Shown here: one piece after another, positions 8,910 to 19,580 of the stretch | Numbering within the stretch: the first letter of the stretch is position 1 | Layout: the number at the start of each line of letters is the position of its first letter | DNA from: Candidatus Omnitrophota bacterium | Lineage (GTDB): Bacteria; Ratteibacteria; UBA8468; MWAK01 | Assembly (NCBI GenBank): GCA_043826355.1 | Contig: JBDRQI010000009.1 | Span: 1 to 64,000, forward strand | Direction of reading: 5' to 3' | Length of the DNA: 64,000 bases | Translations under genes and position numbers: made by a program | The notes under the pieces: generated by a model | Told to the model about the DNA's origin: nothing | Databases searched by the model: none | Seen by the model: only the letters and a program-made list of their open reading frames with translations

Positions 8910-9922
8910 TACTTATCACGGGAGGGGCCGGCTATGTTGGCTCGGTTCTGACACGGAAGCTTTTAGAGCTTGGGGAACGCGTGAGAATATTCGACAAGTT
9001 CTATTTTGGCGAAGAAAGCCTTTGGGATGTACGAAACAAGGTTGAAATCATAAAAGGAGATATCCGGGAGTTTGATCCAAAGGCGCTGAATGGCGTTACC
9101 GCGGTTGTGCATCTGGCCGCTCTTTCCACCGACCCCCAGGCGGAATATAACCCCGAGGCGACTCTTCAGATCAATACGGTGGCAACGGAGAATCTGGCTT
9201 CCATGGTCAAAAAACGAAAGATAGGGAGGTTTATTTTTGCCTCGTCGGCGTCGGTATATTATACAACCACCCGGGAAGAAATTGCCACAATTAAGAACGA
9301 ACAAATGTCGGTTTTCCCCACCGTCCCGTACGCCAAATCAAAATATGTGGCCGAACAAAAATTATTGCGCATGACCGGCGACGGATTTTGTCCGGTTATT
9401 TTGAGAAAAGGCACTATTTTCGGGGTGTCTCCCCGGATGAGGTATGACCTGGTCGTAAATACGTTTGTGCGGGATGCTTTTTCCGGGGGCAGACTTTACG
9501 TCAATGCCGGTGGGGAGGCTTTTCGGCCGTTGGTCCACATAAACGATGCCGTGGAGGCATATATCGCCCTTCTTCTTGCCTCCGAAGAAAAAGTCCGGGG
9601 CGAAGTTTTTAATCTTGTTCATAAAAATTATTGGGTTTTATCTTTGGCGCACTGGGTCAAGTATGTCTTAAGGGAAAAGAAACAGATTGAAGTTGATGTT
9701 TCCTATCAGGGACAAGACGGCGTGAGGAGTTATTATGTTTCCGGGGAAAAAATGTCCAAAACCATGGGATTCTGCCCGGCTGTCGGAATAAACAAGGGTG
9801 TCCTCGAACTCTGGGAAAGATTGGAAAAAAACGAACTTGCCGATTTCCAAAATGAGAAGTATTACAATATAAAACAGATGGAGAAGTTGATTGCAGAGAA
9901 AAAAATAGGCAGAGAACTTTGA
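8906..9922 (+). CDS. NAD-dependent nucleotide-sugar epimerase/dehydratase (SDR)
   Basis: ILITGGAGYVGS, ASSASVY, YAKSK, SPRMRYDLVVN; ATGA overlap at 8906. Confidence 0.88.
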   Translation: MILITGGAGYVGSVLTRKLLELGERVRIFDKFYFGEESLWDVRNKVEIIKGDIREFDPKALNGVTAVVHLAALSTDPQAEYNPEATLQINTVATENLASMVKKRKIGRFIFASSASVYYTTTREEIATIKNEQMSVFPTVPYAKSKYVAEQKLLRMTGDGFCPVILRKGTIFGVSPRMRYDLVVNTFVRDAFSGGRLYVNAGGEAFRPLVHINDAVEAYIALLLASEEKVRGEVFNLVHKNYWVLSLAHWVKYVLREKKQIEVDVSYQGQDGVRSYYVSGEKMSKTMGFCPAVGINKGVLELWERLEKNELADFQNEKYYNIKQMEKLIAEKKIGREL

Positions 9923-10039
9923 CGAATAGATTCGCGCCACCCTACTCCTTCCATAAGATTAAGGCAGGCAAGGATACGGAATGTTTTGCATCCAACACCT
10001 CTTGAATTCAGGGGAGGACTGTTTTGCCGGGACAGGCCG

Positions 10040-11185
10040 ATGATTAGAATTGGCTATTACACCGAGACAAATTTCTACGGCGGGGGCGAATTATATTTGA
10101 AATATCTGCTTGACGGTTTGAAGCGTGATAAATACAGCCCCACCCTTTTTTGCCCCCGGCAGTTTCCTCTGGACAAGGTATTTCCCGACAAGACGAACCC
10201 CGGATTTAAGATGCGCCGTATCGACGAGGCGATTCGTAGGAACGTATTTTCGAAAATACTGTGTTTGCGGGGAATCTTCGGGAGGGAAACGGTTGATTTA
10301 ATGCATTTTAACAGCAGCGACTGCAAAGCGGCGGTTATTGCCGCCAGGTTTGCCGGGATACCAATCCTGATTGCCACCTACCATGGGTTGCCTTTTCCGC
10401 AAAAGAGAAAACCGACCATTATAAAAAGGCTAAAAGAGTTTATCGGTTTTCTTTTTCTGAACAGGATAATCTCCATTTCCCAAACCGCGCAAAAAGAGTG
10501 GAGCAGATTCTTAAAGGTGGGAAAGGGAAAATTCCGGATTATTTACAACGGGATAGGACCAGTGGGATTTGCCGGCAGTCCTGGCCCCGGAACCATCCGG
10601 GGCCTGAAAACAGGCCTGGGGTTGAAGGAAGACGACCTGATTGTCGGCATTAACGCCCGGCTTGACCCTATGAAAGGACACCAATGTCTTATAGAAGCGG
10701 CGCCGTTGATAAGAAAAGAAGTCCCATCCGTTAAGTTCTTGATTGCCGGAGAAGGCAGTCTGTTGAATGAGTTGCAGACATTGGCAAAAAATAAAGGTCT
10801 GCAGGAGATGTTTCTTTTCCTGGGTTTCCGCGAAGACATTACCCAGGTGACATCCATTTATGATGTGACGGTATTCCCTTCAATATATTACGAGAATTTT
10901 AGTTTCGCGGCGCTGGAGGCGATGGCTTGCGCCAAGCCACTGGTCGTTAGCAATATCGGCGGGTTTCCGGAGATGGTTCTGGACGGCGTCACGGGTTTGG
11001 TTGTTAATCCCAGAGACAGCCAAGCCCTGGCGGAGGCAATAATAACGCTTCTTAAGGATCCGGCAAAAAGAATTAAAATGGGAATTATGGGGCGGAAGCG
11101 GGTTGAGGAATTATTTACGAAAGAAAAGATGGTCAGGGAGACTTGCGAGGTATATGATTCCTTATGGAACCGAAGATTGCCGTAA
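10040..11185 (+). CDS. GT4 glycosyltransferase
   Basis: GGGE, ARLDPMKG, ENFSFAALEAMACAKPLVVS; start re-assigned to ATG 10040. Confidence 0.88.
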   Translation: MIRIGYYTETNFYGGGELYLKYLLDGLKRDKYSPTLFCPRQFPLDKVFPDKTNPGFKMRRIDEAIRRNVFSKILCLRGIFGRETVDLMHFNSSDCKAAVIAARFAGIPILIATYHGLPFPQKRKPTIIKRLKEFIGFLFLNRIISISQTAQKEWSRFLKVGKGKFRIIYNGIGPVGFAGSPGPGTIRGLKTGLGLKEDDLIVGINARLDPMKGHQCLIEAAPLIRKEVPSVKFLIAGEGSLLNELQTLAKNKGLQEMFLFLGFREDITQVTSIYDVTVFPSIYYENFSFAALEAMACAKPLVVSNIGGFPEMVLDGVTGLVVNPRDSQALAEAIITLLKDPAKRIKMGIMGRKRVEELFTKEKMVRETCEVYDSLWNRRLP

Positions 11186-12333
11186 TCCACGGAGACCTGA
11201 ACGTATCGGGTGGGAGCGAGGCGTTGTGTTTTCGTATTATTGAGACCTTAAAGGATGATTACCGGATAACCTTAATTACCGATAGAACGGTAAACATCCG
11301 GAAGGCAAACGCACTGTTTGGAACCAACCTGAAAGATAATGATTTTAAAGTTAAGGTTTCTCTACTGCCGTTTATTCTGAATACGCTCTCAAAATCCAGA
11401 TTTATCAAATGGAGATGGGCTTTATTACAAAAATCAGCAAAAAGGGCGAGTGACAGTTATGACCTTCTATTTTCCGCCTCCAATGAGGCCGATTTCGGCA
11501 GACGGGGAATACAGTATCTCCATTTTCCAAAGGCGGTGGATGAATTGCATCTGAGAAAAACCGGTGAACTCTCCGATGACCTTGCCCGGGGCAGTTCGGT
11601 TTTTTCCAGGCTATATCTCTGGATTTACCGCCGGCGGCTTCGCCCAGATTATGAAAATGTAAGAATTAACAGGACGCTCTGCAATTCTGAATTTACTCAG
11701 ACCGTTTTCGGAAATTTTTACAAGGCGGAATGCGAAGTGGTTTATCCGCCCATAACAGACCTTTCCGCCTATGCCCGACCCTGGCCTGAAAGGGAAGATG
11801 GGTTTGTCTGCGCGGGAAGGATTGAGCCGGCAAAGAATGTTGTCCGGACCGTGAGAATATTGAAAAAATTGAAGGAGTTGGGGTTAAACTTGCATCTGCA
11901 TATATTGGGAAAACCATGGGACAGAGCCTACGCAAAAAAGGTTGCGGCAGAATGCAGAGGTACCGATTTCCTGCTTTACGAGGGTGAGGTCAGTCGGGAA
12001 GAATTGAATAAATTGATGGGTAGCCATAAATATTTTATTCACGGCTACGATTTTGAGCATTTTGGAATGGCATCAGCAGAAGCGGTGTCAGCCGGGTGCA
12101 TTCCCTTCGTTCCAAATTCAGGCGGCCAGGTGGAAATTATCGGCAAAAATCCGTTGCTTTGCTATTCGGACGAATATGACGCGGTGGAAAAGATTGATAG
12201 AGTATGCCGGGATGCCGGGTTACAAGAAAATATCAGAGAAGATTTGAAATCGGTCCTTCCCAATTTTTCCTCAGATAATTTTCGGCGCCGAATAAAAGAA
12301 ATAGTCCGGGAGGAGTTACGGAGGAAGGCGTGA
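11164..12333 (+). CDS. GT4 glycosyltransferase (ALG11-like motif)
   Basis: GGSE, NSEFT, VYPP, GRIEPAK, EHFGMASAEAVSAG. Confidence 0.85.
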   Translation: MEPKIAVIHGDLNVSGGSEALCFRIIETLKDDYRITLITDRTVNIRKANALFGTNLKDNDFKVKVSLLPFILNTLSKSRFIKWRWALLQKSAKRASDSYDLLFSASNEADFGRRGIQYLHFPKAVDELHLRKTGELSDDLARGSSVFSRLYLWIYRRRLRPDYENVRINRTLCNSEFTQTVFGNFYKAECEVVYPPITDLSAYARPWPEREDGFVCAGRIEPAKNVVRTVRILKKLKELGLNLHLHILGKPWDRAYAKKVAAECRGTDFLLYEGEVSREELNKLMGSHKYFIHGYDFEHFGMASAEAVSAGCIPFVPNSGGQVEIIGKNPLLCYSDEYDAVEKIDRVCRDAGLQENIREDLKSVLPNFSSDNFRRRIKEIVREELRRKA

Positions 12334-13613
12334 AGATGGATTTGGTTATATTCCCGTTTCAGGACTGGAAGAAGAATGAGATTGAAGGATTCAGGGAAAG
12401 GGACAGCCACTTAATCCAGCATTTTGACCGTGATGAACGGGTGGGAAAAATAATGGTTGTGGACCGGCCTATCTCTCTGCCGGAAATGGCGCTGAAAAGA
12501 AGGTTCTGGCGAATCAAAAACGGCCGGGTGGTGAAGAAAGGGCGTTTTTATACCCTCAGCCAGGTTACCGCCAAGATATTCGTGCTGGACACGTTTTCCG
12601 GAGATATTTTACGGCCTCTTGTTATGCGGCGCGACTGGTGGGACTTTGTCCTGCGGCACCGCAAAATTCTGAAGATAATCCGGGAAGCTGAGGATTCACT
12701 CCAGATGAAGAACGTCGTTTTTTTCTGCTGCGGTCCCCTGTCGACCGGCCCGGTTGGGCAGCTTGGCGAGAAGCTTTTCGTTTTTGACGCCAATGACAAC
12801 TGGCTGCAGCACCCCAGGATACAGGACAAAAGGGGGTTTGTTGCCGGGGGCTATCAATTTGTCAAGGATAAGGCGGATTTGATTTTCACCAATTCGGCGG
12901 GACTGAAGGACTTTTTCGGCGATGCCAAAACAAGCCGCGTTGATTGGATTCCGATGGGTGTGGACCCGGAATTTTTCCGGGTGTCTCCGGAAGATATACC
13001 GGAAGATGTCAAGAAAGTCCGCCGCCCAATTGTGTGTTATAACGGCCGGTTTGCCAAAAGAGTCAACATCGACCTTTTTTTGTATCTTCTTGAAACGCTG
13101 CCGCAGGTGAATTTTGTGTTTATCGGACAGTTTCTGGATAAAAATTGGGCCCGGCCGCTCTTTAAATTTCCAAATTTTCATTACCTGGGAAACAAGCATT
13201 ATTCAATTTATCCAAAGTACCTGGCGGCTTTCGACGTTTGCATCCTTCCGCACTACGTTCCGCCGGATGAGCCGGATAGTGTTTTAGTTAAGGAAGAACT
13301 TGTCGCGCACGATAATAAGGGCAGGGTCACCCGTTTTCAAGACCCGATAAAGTTGTACGAATACCTGGCCGCGGGGAAGCCGGTGGTTACCACCCCGATT
13401 GCCGGCGTGGATGTCTTCAAAGAACAGATTACCATCGCCGGGACGAAAGAGGAGTTCCGCGACGGAATCTTCTACTGGCTGAAAAGGACGGCGGAAGAAC
13501 CGGATTTGCCGGAGAGGTTGAGGGCCGCCATTACCCCGGAACATCTCTGGAGCACCAAGGCCAAAAAGATGCTGGATGCGGTGGAAGCGCTTCTCCGGGA
13601 AAAGGGGATATGA
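12330..13613 (+). CDS. GT4-like glycosyltransferase (TuaH-like)
   Basis: GVDPEFF, DPIKLYEYLAAGKPVVTT. Confidence 0.82.
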   Translation: MKMDLVIFPFQDWKKNEIEGFRERDSHLIQHFDRDERVGKIMVVDRPISLPEMALKRRFWRIKNGRVVKKGRFYTLSQVTAKIFVLDTFSGDILRPLVMRRDWWDFVLRHRKILKIIREAEDSLQMKNVVFFCCGPLSTGPVGQLGEKLFVFDANDNWLQHPRIQDKRGFVAGGYQFVKDKADLIFTNSAGLKDFFGDAKTSRVDWIPMGVDPEFFRVSPEDIPEDVKKVRRPIVCYNGRFAKRVNIDLFLYLLETLPQVNFVFIGQFLDKNWARPLFKFPNFHYLGNKHYSIYPKYLAAFDVCILPHYVPPDEPDSVLVKEELVAHDNKGRVTRFQDPIKLYEYLAAGKPVVTTPIAGVDVFKEQITIAGTKEEFRDGIFYWLKRTAEEPDLPERLRAAITPEHLWSTKAKKMLDAVEALLREKGI

Positions 13614-15073
13614 AGATACAATTTGTCTTTGCGCCGACCCGGGAACGGGCGCGGCTTGGAGAGTTGAGCGAGGGGAGAACTCCAGCTCTTTCTCTATTGT
13701 ATCTGGCGGCGTATTTGAGAAAGAGCTGGAAGGGCACCGAATTAAAGATGCGGTTTGAAGACGGGCTCCTGCTCGGAATGGAAAAGACGCTTCTGCGAAT
13801 AAAAGAATTCCGCCCTGACCTCCTGGCGGTCTCTTTCTATACGCCGCAGGCAGAAGGCGCCTACGAACTCATCAACAACGTAAAGAGCGCCTTGCCGGAG
13901 ACGTTCGTGGCGGCCGGCGGAGTACACGCCACCGCTTTGCCTGAAGAGGTATTTGAACGTTCCCGGCCGGACGCGGTGGTTATCGGGGAGGGCGAGGAGA
14001 CCTTCAGTGAACTGGTTGGTTTACTCGGGTCGAAAGGGAGGCTGGCCAGGGAGGATTTACGGAGAATACCAGGGATTGCTTTTGCTGAAGACGGGCAGAT
14101 GGAGAAGACCTTGCCCCGCCCATTCATCCGGGACCTGGATTCAATCCCGTTCCCGGCTTACGACCTGATAGATTTGAAAGATTACAAAGGTTGGTATCTG
14201 AACAAGGGAGGGTTGGAAGCGCCGCTCTTCTCGGCCCGCGGCTGTCCCTACTGGTGCACTTTTTGTTCCAACGTTATCTGGAAGGCGGGCCGGCCAACGG
14301 TACGGCTGCGCTCCCCGAAGAATATAGCGGATGAGATTGAGTGGCTGGTAAAGGAATGCGGCGTCAACGAAATATACGACTGTTCCGACGAATTCAACAA
14401 CAACATCCACAATGCGCTGGCCATCTGCCGGGAAATCAGGCGGCGTAACCTGAAGGTGCGGTGGAAAACCTCGCTCCGGGCAGACCGGCTTCCGGAAGAA
14501 CTGGTAAAAGAGATGGCGCCGGCCGGCTGCTGGTATGCGCTGATTGGCATTGAGAGCGGAAACGAAAGGACGCTTGAGGGCATCAATAAAAAGATTGAAC
14601 TGTCCGAGGTGGAGACAAGTTGCAAACTTCTCAAAAAATACGGCATCAAGGTCCAGGGCCTTTTTATGCTTTACAATGTCTGGGAAAAGGACGGAAGGTT
14701 GGAATACGAGACGACAGCGGAGGTGAGAAAGACGCTTGATTACGCTTACCGACTGGTGAAAAACCGGCTCCTGGATTATGTCGGCTGGTCGATAACCGTG
14801 CCTTACCCGGGTAGTAAATTATATGATATTGCCCAGAAATACGACCTTATCCGGCCGGAATACCGGGGGAAGTGGGAGGATTGGCTGAAGAAGGATTCTT
14901 ACGTCCTTTCCCTGCCCGGCATCTCCATCTCCGAACAGGTTCATTTGAAGACAATCGGTTCCATCCTGCGCGCAAAACTTATCTTGCGGCAGGGGGAATT
15001 TAACCTTAAGGACATTCCCTGGCTTGTAAAAAAGGGAATCAAGATTCTGGCAAATGAATTGAAAACGAGGTAA
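13610..15073 (+). CDS. Cobalamin-binding radical SAM protein
   Basis: GGVHAT, GEGE, RGCPYWCTFC (CX3CX2C), IGIESG. Confidence 0.92.
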   Translation: MKIQFVFAPTRERARLGELSEGRTPALSLLYLAAYLRKSWKGTELKMRFEDGLLLGMEKTLLRIKEFRPDLLAVSFYTPQAEGAYELINNVKSALPETFVAAGGVHATALPEEVFERSRPDAVVIGEGEETFSELVGLLGSKGRLAREDLRRIPGIAFAEDGQMEKTLPRPFIRDLDSIPFPAYDLIDLKDYKGWYLNKGGLEAPLFSARGCPYWCTFCSNVIWKAGRPTVRLRSPKNIADEIEWLVKECGVNEIYDCSDEFNNNIHNALAICREIRRRNLKVRWKTSLRADRLPEELVKEMAPAGCWYALIGIESGNERTLEGINKKIELSEVETSCKLLKKYGIKVQGLFMLYNVWEKDGRLEYETTAEVRKTLDYAYRLVKNRLLDYVGWSITVPYPGSKLYDIAQKYDLIRPEYRGKWEDWLKKDSYVLSLPGISISEQVHLKTIGSILRAKLILRQGEFNLKDIPWLVKKGIKILANELKTR

Positions 15074-15113
15074 TGGATTCCCGACTATTACCGCGGGAAT
15101 AACAGATAAAAAT

Positions 15114-16283
15114 ATGAAGATTGGGATTGTCGGGACCAGGGGCATACCGGCCCGGTACGGCGGGTTTGAGACCTGCGCGGAGGAACTGGCAAAGGGGCTG
15201 GCGGCCGGGGGGCATAAGGTTTATGTTGCCTGCCGGCGGCACATGTATCCGGAAGTCTGGCCGGGAAAAGCGAGATTCTTCGCTCCGCTCAGAATGACAC
15301 CGTTTTGTCACCCTGAGCAGGGCGAAGGGTCTATATTTTTATTCTTCCCGCCGTCCCTGCCCGGCAAGGCGACCGATACCTTTTCCCATACGTTTTTCGG
15401 CGTTCTTTACCTGCTCCTTTTCCGACCGGTGGATACGATTCTGGTCTTCAACGTTGCCAACAGCCCCCTTATCCTGTTTCTGCGCATTCTGGGCAAGAAG
15501 GCGGCGCTCAATACCGACGGATTGGAATGGAGGCGCGGAAAATGGGGTCCGGCGGCCCGCGCCTATTTCCGGTTTTGCGAACTGGTTGCCTGTCTTTCCG
15601 GCGCTACGCTGATTTCCGATTCCAGGGCGATTGGAGATTATTACCGGAGGAAGTACGGAAAGAGGACGGTCTTTATACCGTACGGGGCGCGGGTCACCCC
15701 CACGCTACCTCCCCCGCCAGGGGGGAGGGATTATGGGGATGACATACTCCGGGAATACGGGTTGGAGAAAGACAGGTACCTGTTGGTGGTGGGGCGGCTG
15801 GAACCGGAGAATAACGCAGATTTGATTACCAGGGCGTTTCAGAGGGTCAGCACCGATAAGTTGCTGGTGATTATAGGTGAAACCAATTGGAAGAGCTCTT
15901 ATCGCCGGCAACTGAAGAAAATAGACGACCGCCGGGTACGTTTCCTGGGCGCAATTTACCGGCCCGGACACCTGAACCGACTCCTTGAGGGTTGCTATTT
16001 TTATATCCACGGTCACGAGGTCGGCGGCACCAACCCGGCGCTTCTGCAGGCAATGGGTTCCGGCAGTTGCGTCCTGGCGCTGGACACTATTTTCAACGCG
16101 GAGGTAGTTGAAAAAACAGGACTGCTCTTTGCCAAAGATGCCGGGGCGCTGGCCGGTAAGATGCAATATTTACTGGTTAATCCGGAAGTGGTAAGATATT
16201 ATCGGGAAGCAGGCCCGAAGAGGATAAGGGAATTTTATCCGTGGGAAAAGGTGATAACGGGGTACGAAAGATTATTCTTGTAA
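15114..16283 (+). CDS. GT4 glycosyltransferase, DUF1972/RgpA-like
   Basis: GTRGIPARYGGFET, DGLEWRRGKW, GRLEPENN, HGHEVGGTNPALL; carries two in-frame palindromic insertions. Confidence 0.9.
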   Translation: MKIGIVGTRGIPARYGGFETCAEELAKGLAAGGHKVYVACRRHMYPEVWPGKARFFAPLRMTPFCHPEQGEGSIFLFFPPSLPGKATDTFSHTFFGVLYLLLFRPVDTILVFNVANSPLILFLRILGKKAALNTDGLEWRRGKWGPAARAYFRFCELVACLSGATLISDSRAIGDYYRRKYGKRTVFIPYGARVTPTLPPPPGGRDYGDDILREYGLEKDRYLLVVGRLEPENNADLITRAFQRVSTDKLLVIIGETNWKSSYRRQLKKIDDRRVRFLGAIYRPGHLNRLLEGCYFYIHGHEVGGTNPALLQAMGSGSCVLALDTIFNAEVVEKTGLLFAKDAGALAGKMQYLLVNPEVVRYYREAGPKRIREFYPWEKVITGYERLFL

Positions 16284-16289
16284 CGGCCG

Positions 16290-17603
16290 ATGAAACGAAG
16301 AATAGCGTTTTCGCTGTTTATTGATGCGGGAATTATTTTCGGTTCGTTTTTGCTGGCGTATTATATGCGTTTTTACGGCGGCATCTTTCCGGAGCGGGTT
16401 GCGCCGCCTTTGTCCATTTACGCCAAGATTGCCGGTTTCTTTGCGGTCGGCTGGGTCATCATCCTGAAGGCGTTCGGACTTTACCGGCATGATGATTTTC
16501 CGGAATTACTCATCGTTAACCTGCGGCTCATCCAGGGAACGTTCTGGGCGACCGTGTTTTTGTTGAGCGGAACGTTCTTTTACCGGGGGGTGGAATTTTC
16601 GCGGCTGGTGGTTGGACTCGCTATCTCTTTCAGTTTCACTTTCCTTTATCTTTTCCGCCTGGTCTTCCTGCGCTCCGGTTTTTTCATCGGGAAACCGGCC
16701 GGGCTTCTGATGCTGGCAAATCCGGCGACCGGGGAGCGATTAAAAGAACGTTTGGACCGCCACAAAATCCACTGCCGGATACTGGGTTTTCTGGACCCGG
16801 CCGGGGGGGGAATTTTGGCCGGATTAGAGAGATACCTTGACTCCGGCGAACTGACCGGTATCATCTGCGCGGAAAAACTGCCGGACCAGATAATCTCCGG
16901 CTTATTGAACTGCACCAAAGAAAAAGGAGTTAAGGTCTTCTTCCTGCCGGAGAATTACGAGGTTTCCTGCAGTACCGCTTCTTTTGATTCGCTGGCCGGC
17001 CTGCCTCTGCTGACCTTTCCCGAAACTGCGCTGGAAAGGTTCGGTAACCGTTTGATTAAAAGGACGCTGGATGTTTTTTTGAGCGCTATCCTGATAATTG
17101 TTTTTTCCCCGTTTTTCCTGGTTATTTCCCTCCTGGTGAAAATGACTTCAGCCGGGCCCGTATTTTTCAGGCAGGAGCGTGCCGGTTACGCCGGAAAAAC
17201 GTTTCGCATCATCAAGTTCCGCACGATGCTCCAAGGTGCCGGCGGCGCGACCTGGACCGGTAAGGATGACAGCCGGCTTACCCGGATAGGCGGCGCGCTG
17301 CGTCATTTTAATCTGGATGAACTGCCCCAGTTTTTTGATGTTTTTGCCGGCCGGATGAGCCTGGTGGGACCGCGGCCGATTGCCCTGGCAGATTTACCGT
17401 ACTTCCAGGGGCCGAATTTTGAATACCGCCTGAAGGTTAAACCCGGGCTGACCGGCTGGGCGCAGATTCACGGCCTGCGCGGGGGACACCTGATGCCTGA
17501 GGAACGTTTGGCTTACGACTTCTTTTATATAGAAAACTGGAGCATCTGGCTGGATATGGTGATTTTGCTGGCTACGCCCCTGTCATTCAGAAATGCATAC
17601 TAA
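16290..17603 (+). CDS. Polyprenyl-phosphate hexose-1-phosphate transferase (WcaJ/WbaP family)
   Basis: KRTLD, FRQER, KFRTM, LDELPQ, MSLVGPRP, KPGLTGWAQ. Confidence 0.93.
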   Translation: MKRRIAFSLFIDAGIIFGSFLLAYYMRFYGGIFPERVAPPLSIYAKIAGFFAVGWVIILKAFGLYRHDDFPELLIVNLRLIQGTFWATVFLLSGTFFYRGVEFSRLVVGLAISFSFTFLYLFRLVFLRSGFFIGKPAGLLMLANPATGERLKERLDRHKIHCRILGFLDPAGGGILAGLERYLDSGELTGIICAEKLPDQIISGLLNCTKEKGVKVFFLPENYEVSCSTASFDSLAGLPLLTFPETALERFGNRLIKRTLDVFLSAILIIVFSPFFLVISLLVKMTSAGPVFFRQERAGYAGKTFRIIKFRTMLQGAGGATWTGKDDSRLTRIGGALRHFNLDELPQFFDVFAGRMSLVGPRPIALADLPYFQGPNFEYRLKVKPGLTGWAQIHGLRGGHLMPEERLAYDFFYIENWSIWLDMVILLATPLSFRNAY

Positions 17604-19503
17604 TAAGAAGGTTTTGGCCGGGTTGGTTATCCTGATGCCTTTGATTTTCTGGACCGTTCTTTTCGAAGGTTACACATTGCCTAAATGGTTTTTGTGGCAG
17701 TGGGGAATGCTCTTTATTTTTTTGGGTGAGGTTGTTTGGCGACAACGGGATTGCTTCGCAAAACACGCTCGCAATGATAATAAATTAATTGTTCCGGTCT
17801 TTGTCTATCCCTGGTTTGTTTTCTTCTTTTTCAGCCTCCTTTCCCTGGGCGTAGCGGTCAATCTTCAATTAGGACTGCGGACTATCGCCGACCTTTTTTT
17901 GGGGTTCAGCCTCTTTCTGTTTATTTCCAACCGGTGGAAAGATTTTGAAATAAAAACCCTGATTCCTTTCCTGATTCTGCCTGCCTTACCGGTGGCGGTT
18001 TACGGAATATTTCAGGCGTTCGGCCACGATTTCATTTCTCTGCCCGGGCCTTTTCAAGGCGCTGTCTCCACGTTCGGGCACCGAAATTTTGTGGCCGAGT
18101 ATGAGTTGATGATGATGCCATTGCTGTTGTACGGCGGGTTTTTTTACACCGCCCCCCTCACCCCGCCTCTCCCCAAAAGGGGGAGGAATTATAAAATTAG
18201 ATTGGTGCGAGGCTTTAGCCTCGTCAGCCTACCGGTTGTCTATACCCACTTCATCATGACCCATACGCGCGGGTCGTATTTCGCCTTGATTGCAACGCTG
18301 TTGTTCATGGCGGGGTTTACCGCGGCATTGCCGGGGCAAAAGGCAAAGCGATGGTTTGCGGGCACAGCCGCCCTGCTCCTGTTATTGACCGGATTTTTCT
18401 TAGTACGTAATTATAATCTGCCCGGAGAGCAGGTGATAGGAAAAAGGGGCGTTGAGATTAAACAGAAAAGTTTAGCAGAAACAACCGGCGCGGAAATGCA
18501 GGAGAGGGTCGAGATTCCTTCCTCCCTGCGCAGCCGGATGCTAATCTGGCAGGCAACGCTTGCGGTATTCCGCAAGCACCCGGTTGCCGGGGTCGGCACC
18601 GGAAATCTCAACGAAGTTCTCCCGCCGTACTATCCAAAAGAATTACTCAAGAGTTTTCAGGGCAGAATGGATGCCGGAACCAGCCATAATGAATACCTGC
18701 AAGTTTTAGCGGAGACCGGAATATTGGGCGGTGTTTCCTTCCTGGCTTTCCTGGTATTGCTACTATTTTTTGCCGTAAAGGCCAGTTGGCGGGCGGCTAA
18801 GGAAAGGGCAGAATTCCTGCCATTTTTCCTGGCAGCGGGTATTCTGGGAATTTTAGTGGTCTCTTTTATTTCGTCACCCCTGCGGAGACCGGTAACCCTC
18901 TTTTTTTTCTGGCTCTTTATTGGTTTCTTGGCGGTCTTCGAAAAAGAAAAAGGACGGTTTTTTATTTTAAACCGCAAAATACAGGAGGGAGTGCTGATAG
19001 GGTTTATCGCTGTCCTGGGTGTATCCGCTTATGGTTTCGGCTGGCGGCCGATTCGAGCCGATTTTTACGGACAAAAAAGTTTTGCTGTTTACCGCGCCGG
19101 AAACTGGCAACAAGCGATTGCGTATGTAGAAAAAGCGTTGAGTTTTCAGCCGCAAAGCCGTAACTTGCTTACCATTGCCGGTAATACATACCTGAATGCC
19201 GGATATTTTGAAGAGGCTATCTATAATTACGGTAAAATTATTATTTACCACCCCTACTGGCCGCGGGGATATGGAAACATGGGCCTGGTTCTGGCGCAGG
19301 CCGGGTTCTTTGCGGATGCGGAAAAATACTTGAAATATTCTCTCCGGCTGGACGATTACCAGCCGCTGGTGCACAATACGCTGGGTGCGGTCTATTTACA
19401 ACAGGGGAAGCGTGCGGAAGCGAAGGGGGAATTTTTGAAGGCGATTGCTCTTGACCCGACATTTTCTTTCCCGAGGTTAAATCTGCAGGAAATGGAGAAT
19501 TAA
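17593..19503 (+). CDS. O-antigen ligase / O-oligosaccharyltransferase-like membrane protein with C-terminal TPRs
   Basis: STFGHRN, THTRGS, RMLIW, GVGTGN, SHNEYLQVLAETGILG; TPRs at the end. Confidence 0.88.
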   Translation: MHTNKKVLAGLVILMPLIFWTVLFEGYTLPKWFLWQWGMLFIFLGEVVWRQRDCFAKHARNDNKLIVPVFVYPWFVFFFFSLLSLGVAVNLQLGLRTIADLFLGFSLFLFISNRWKDFEIKTLIPFLILPALPVAVYGIFQAFGHDFISLPGPFQGAVSTFGHRNFVAEYELMMMPLLLYGGFFYTAPLTPPLPKRGRNYKIRLVRGFSLVSLPVVYTHFIMTHTRGSYFALIATLLFMAGFTAALPGQKAKRWFAGTAALLLLLTGFFLVRNYNLPGEQVIGKRGVEIKQKSLAETTGAEMQERVEIPSSLRSRMLIWQATLAVFRKHPVAGVGTGNLNEVLPPYYPKELLKSFQGRMDAGTSHNEYLQVLAETGILGGVSFLAFLVLLLFFAVKASWRAAKERAEFLPFFLAAGILGILVVSFISSPLRRPVTLFFFWLFIGFLAVFEKEKGRFFILNRKIQEGVLIGFIAVLGVSAYGFGWRPIRADFYGQKSFAVYRAGNWQQAIAYVEKALSFQPQSRNLLTIAGNTYLNAGYFEEAIYNYGKIIIYHPYWPRGYGNMGLVLAQAGFFADAEKYLKYSLRLDDYQPLVHNTLGAVYLQQGKRAEAKGEFLKAIALDPTFSFPRLNLQEMEN

Positions 19504-19580
19504 TTGCTGATTCGCCTAAAAACCCCCTCTCTTTTAACCGGAACAAAAACGGTTGGTTTAAGGCCGCAAGCGTTGTTCTG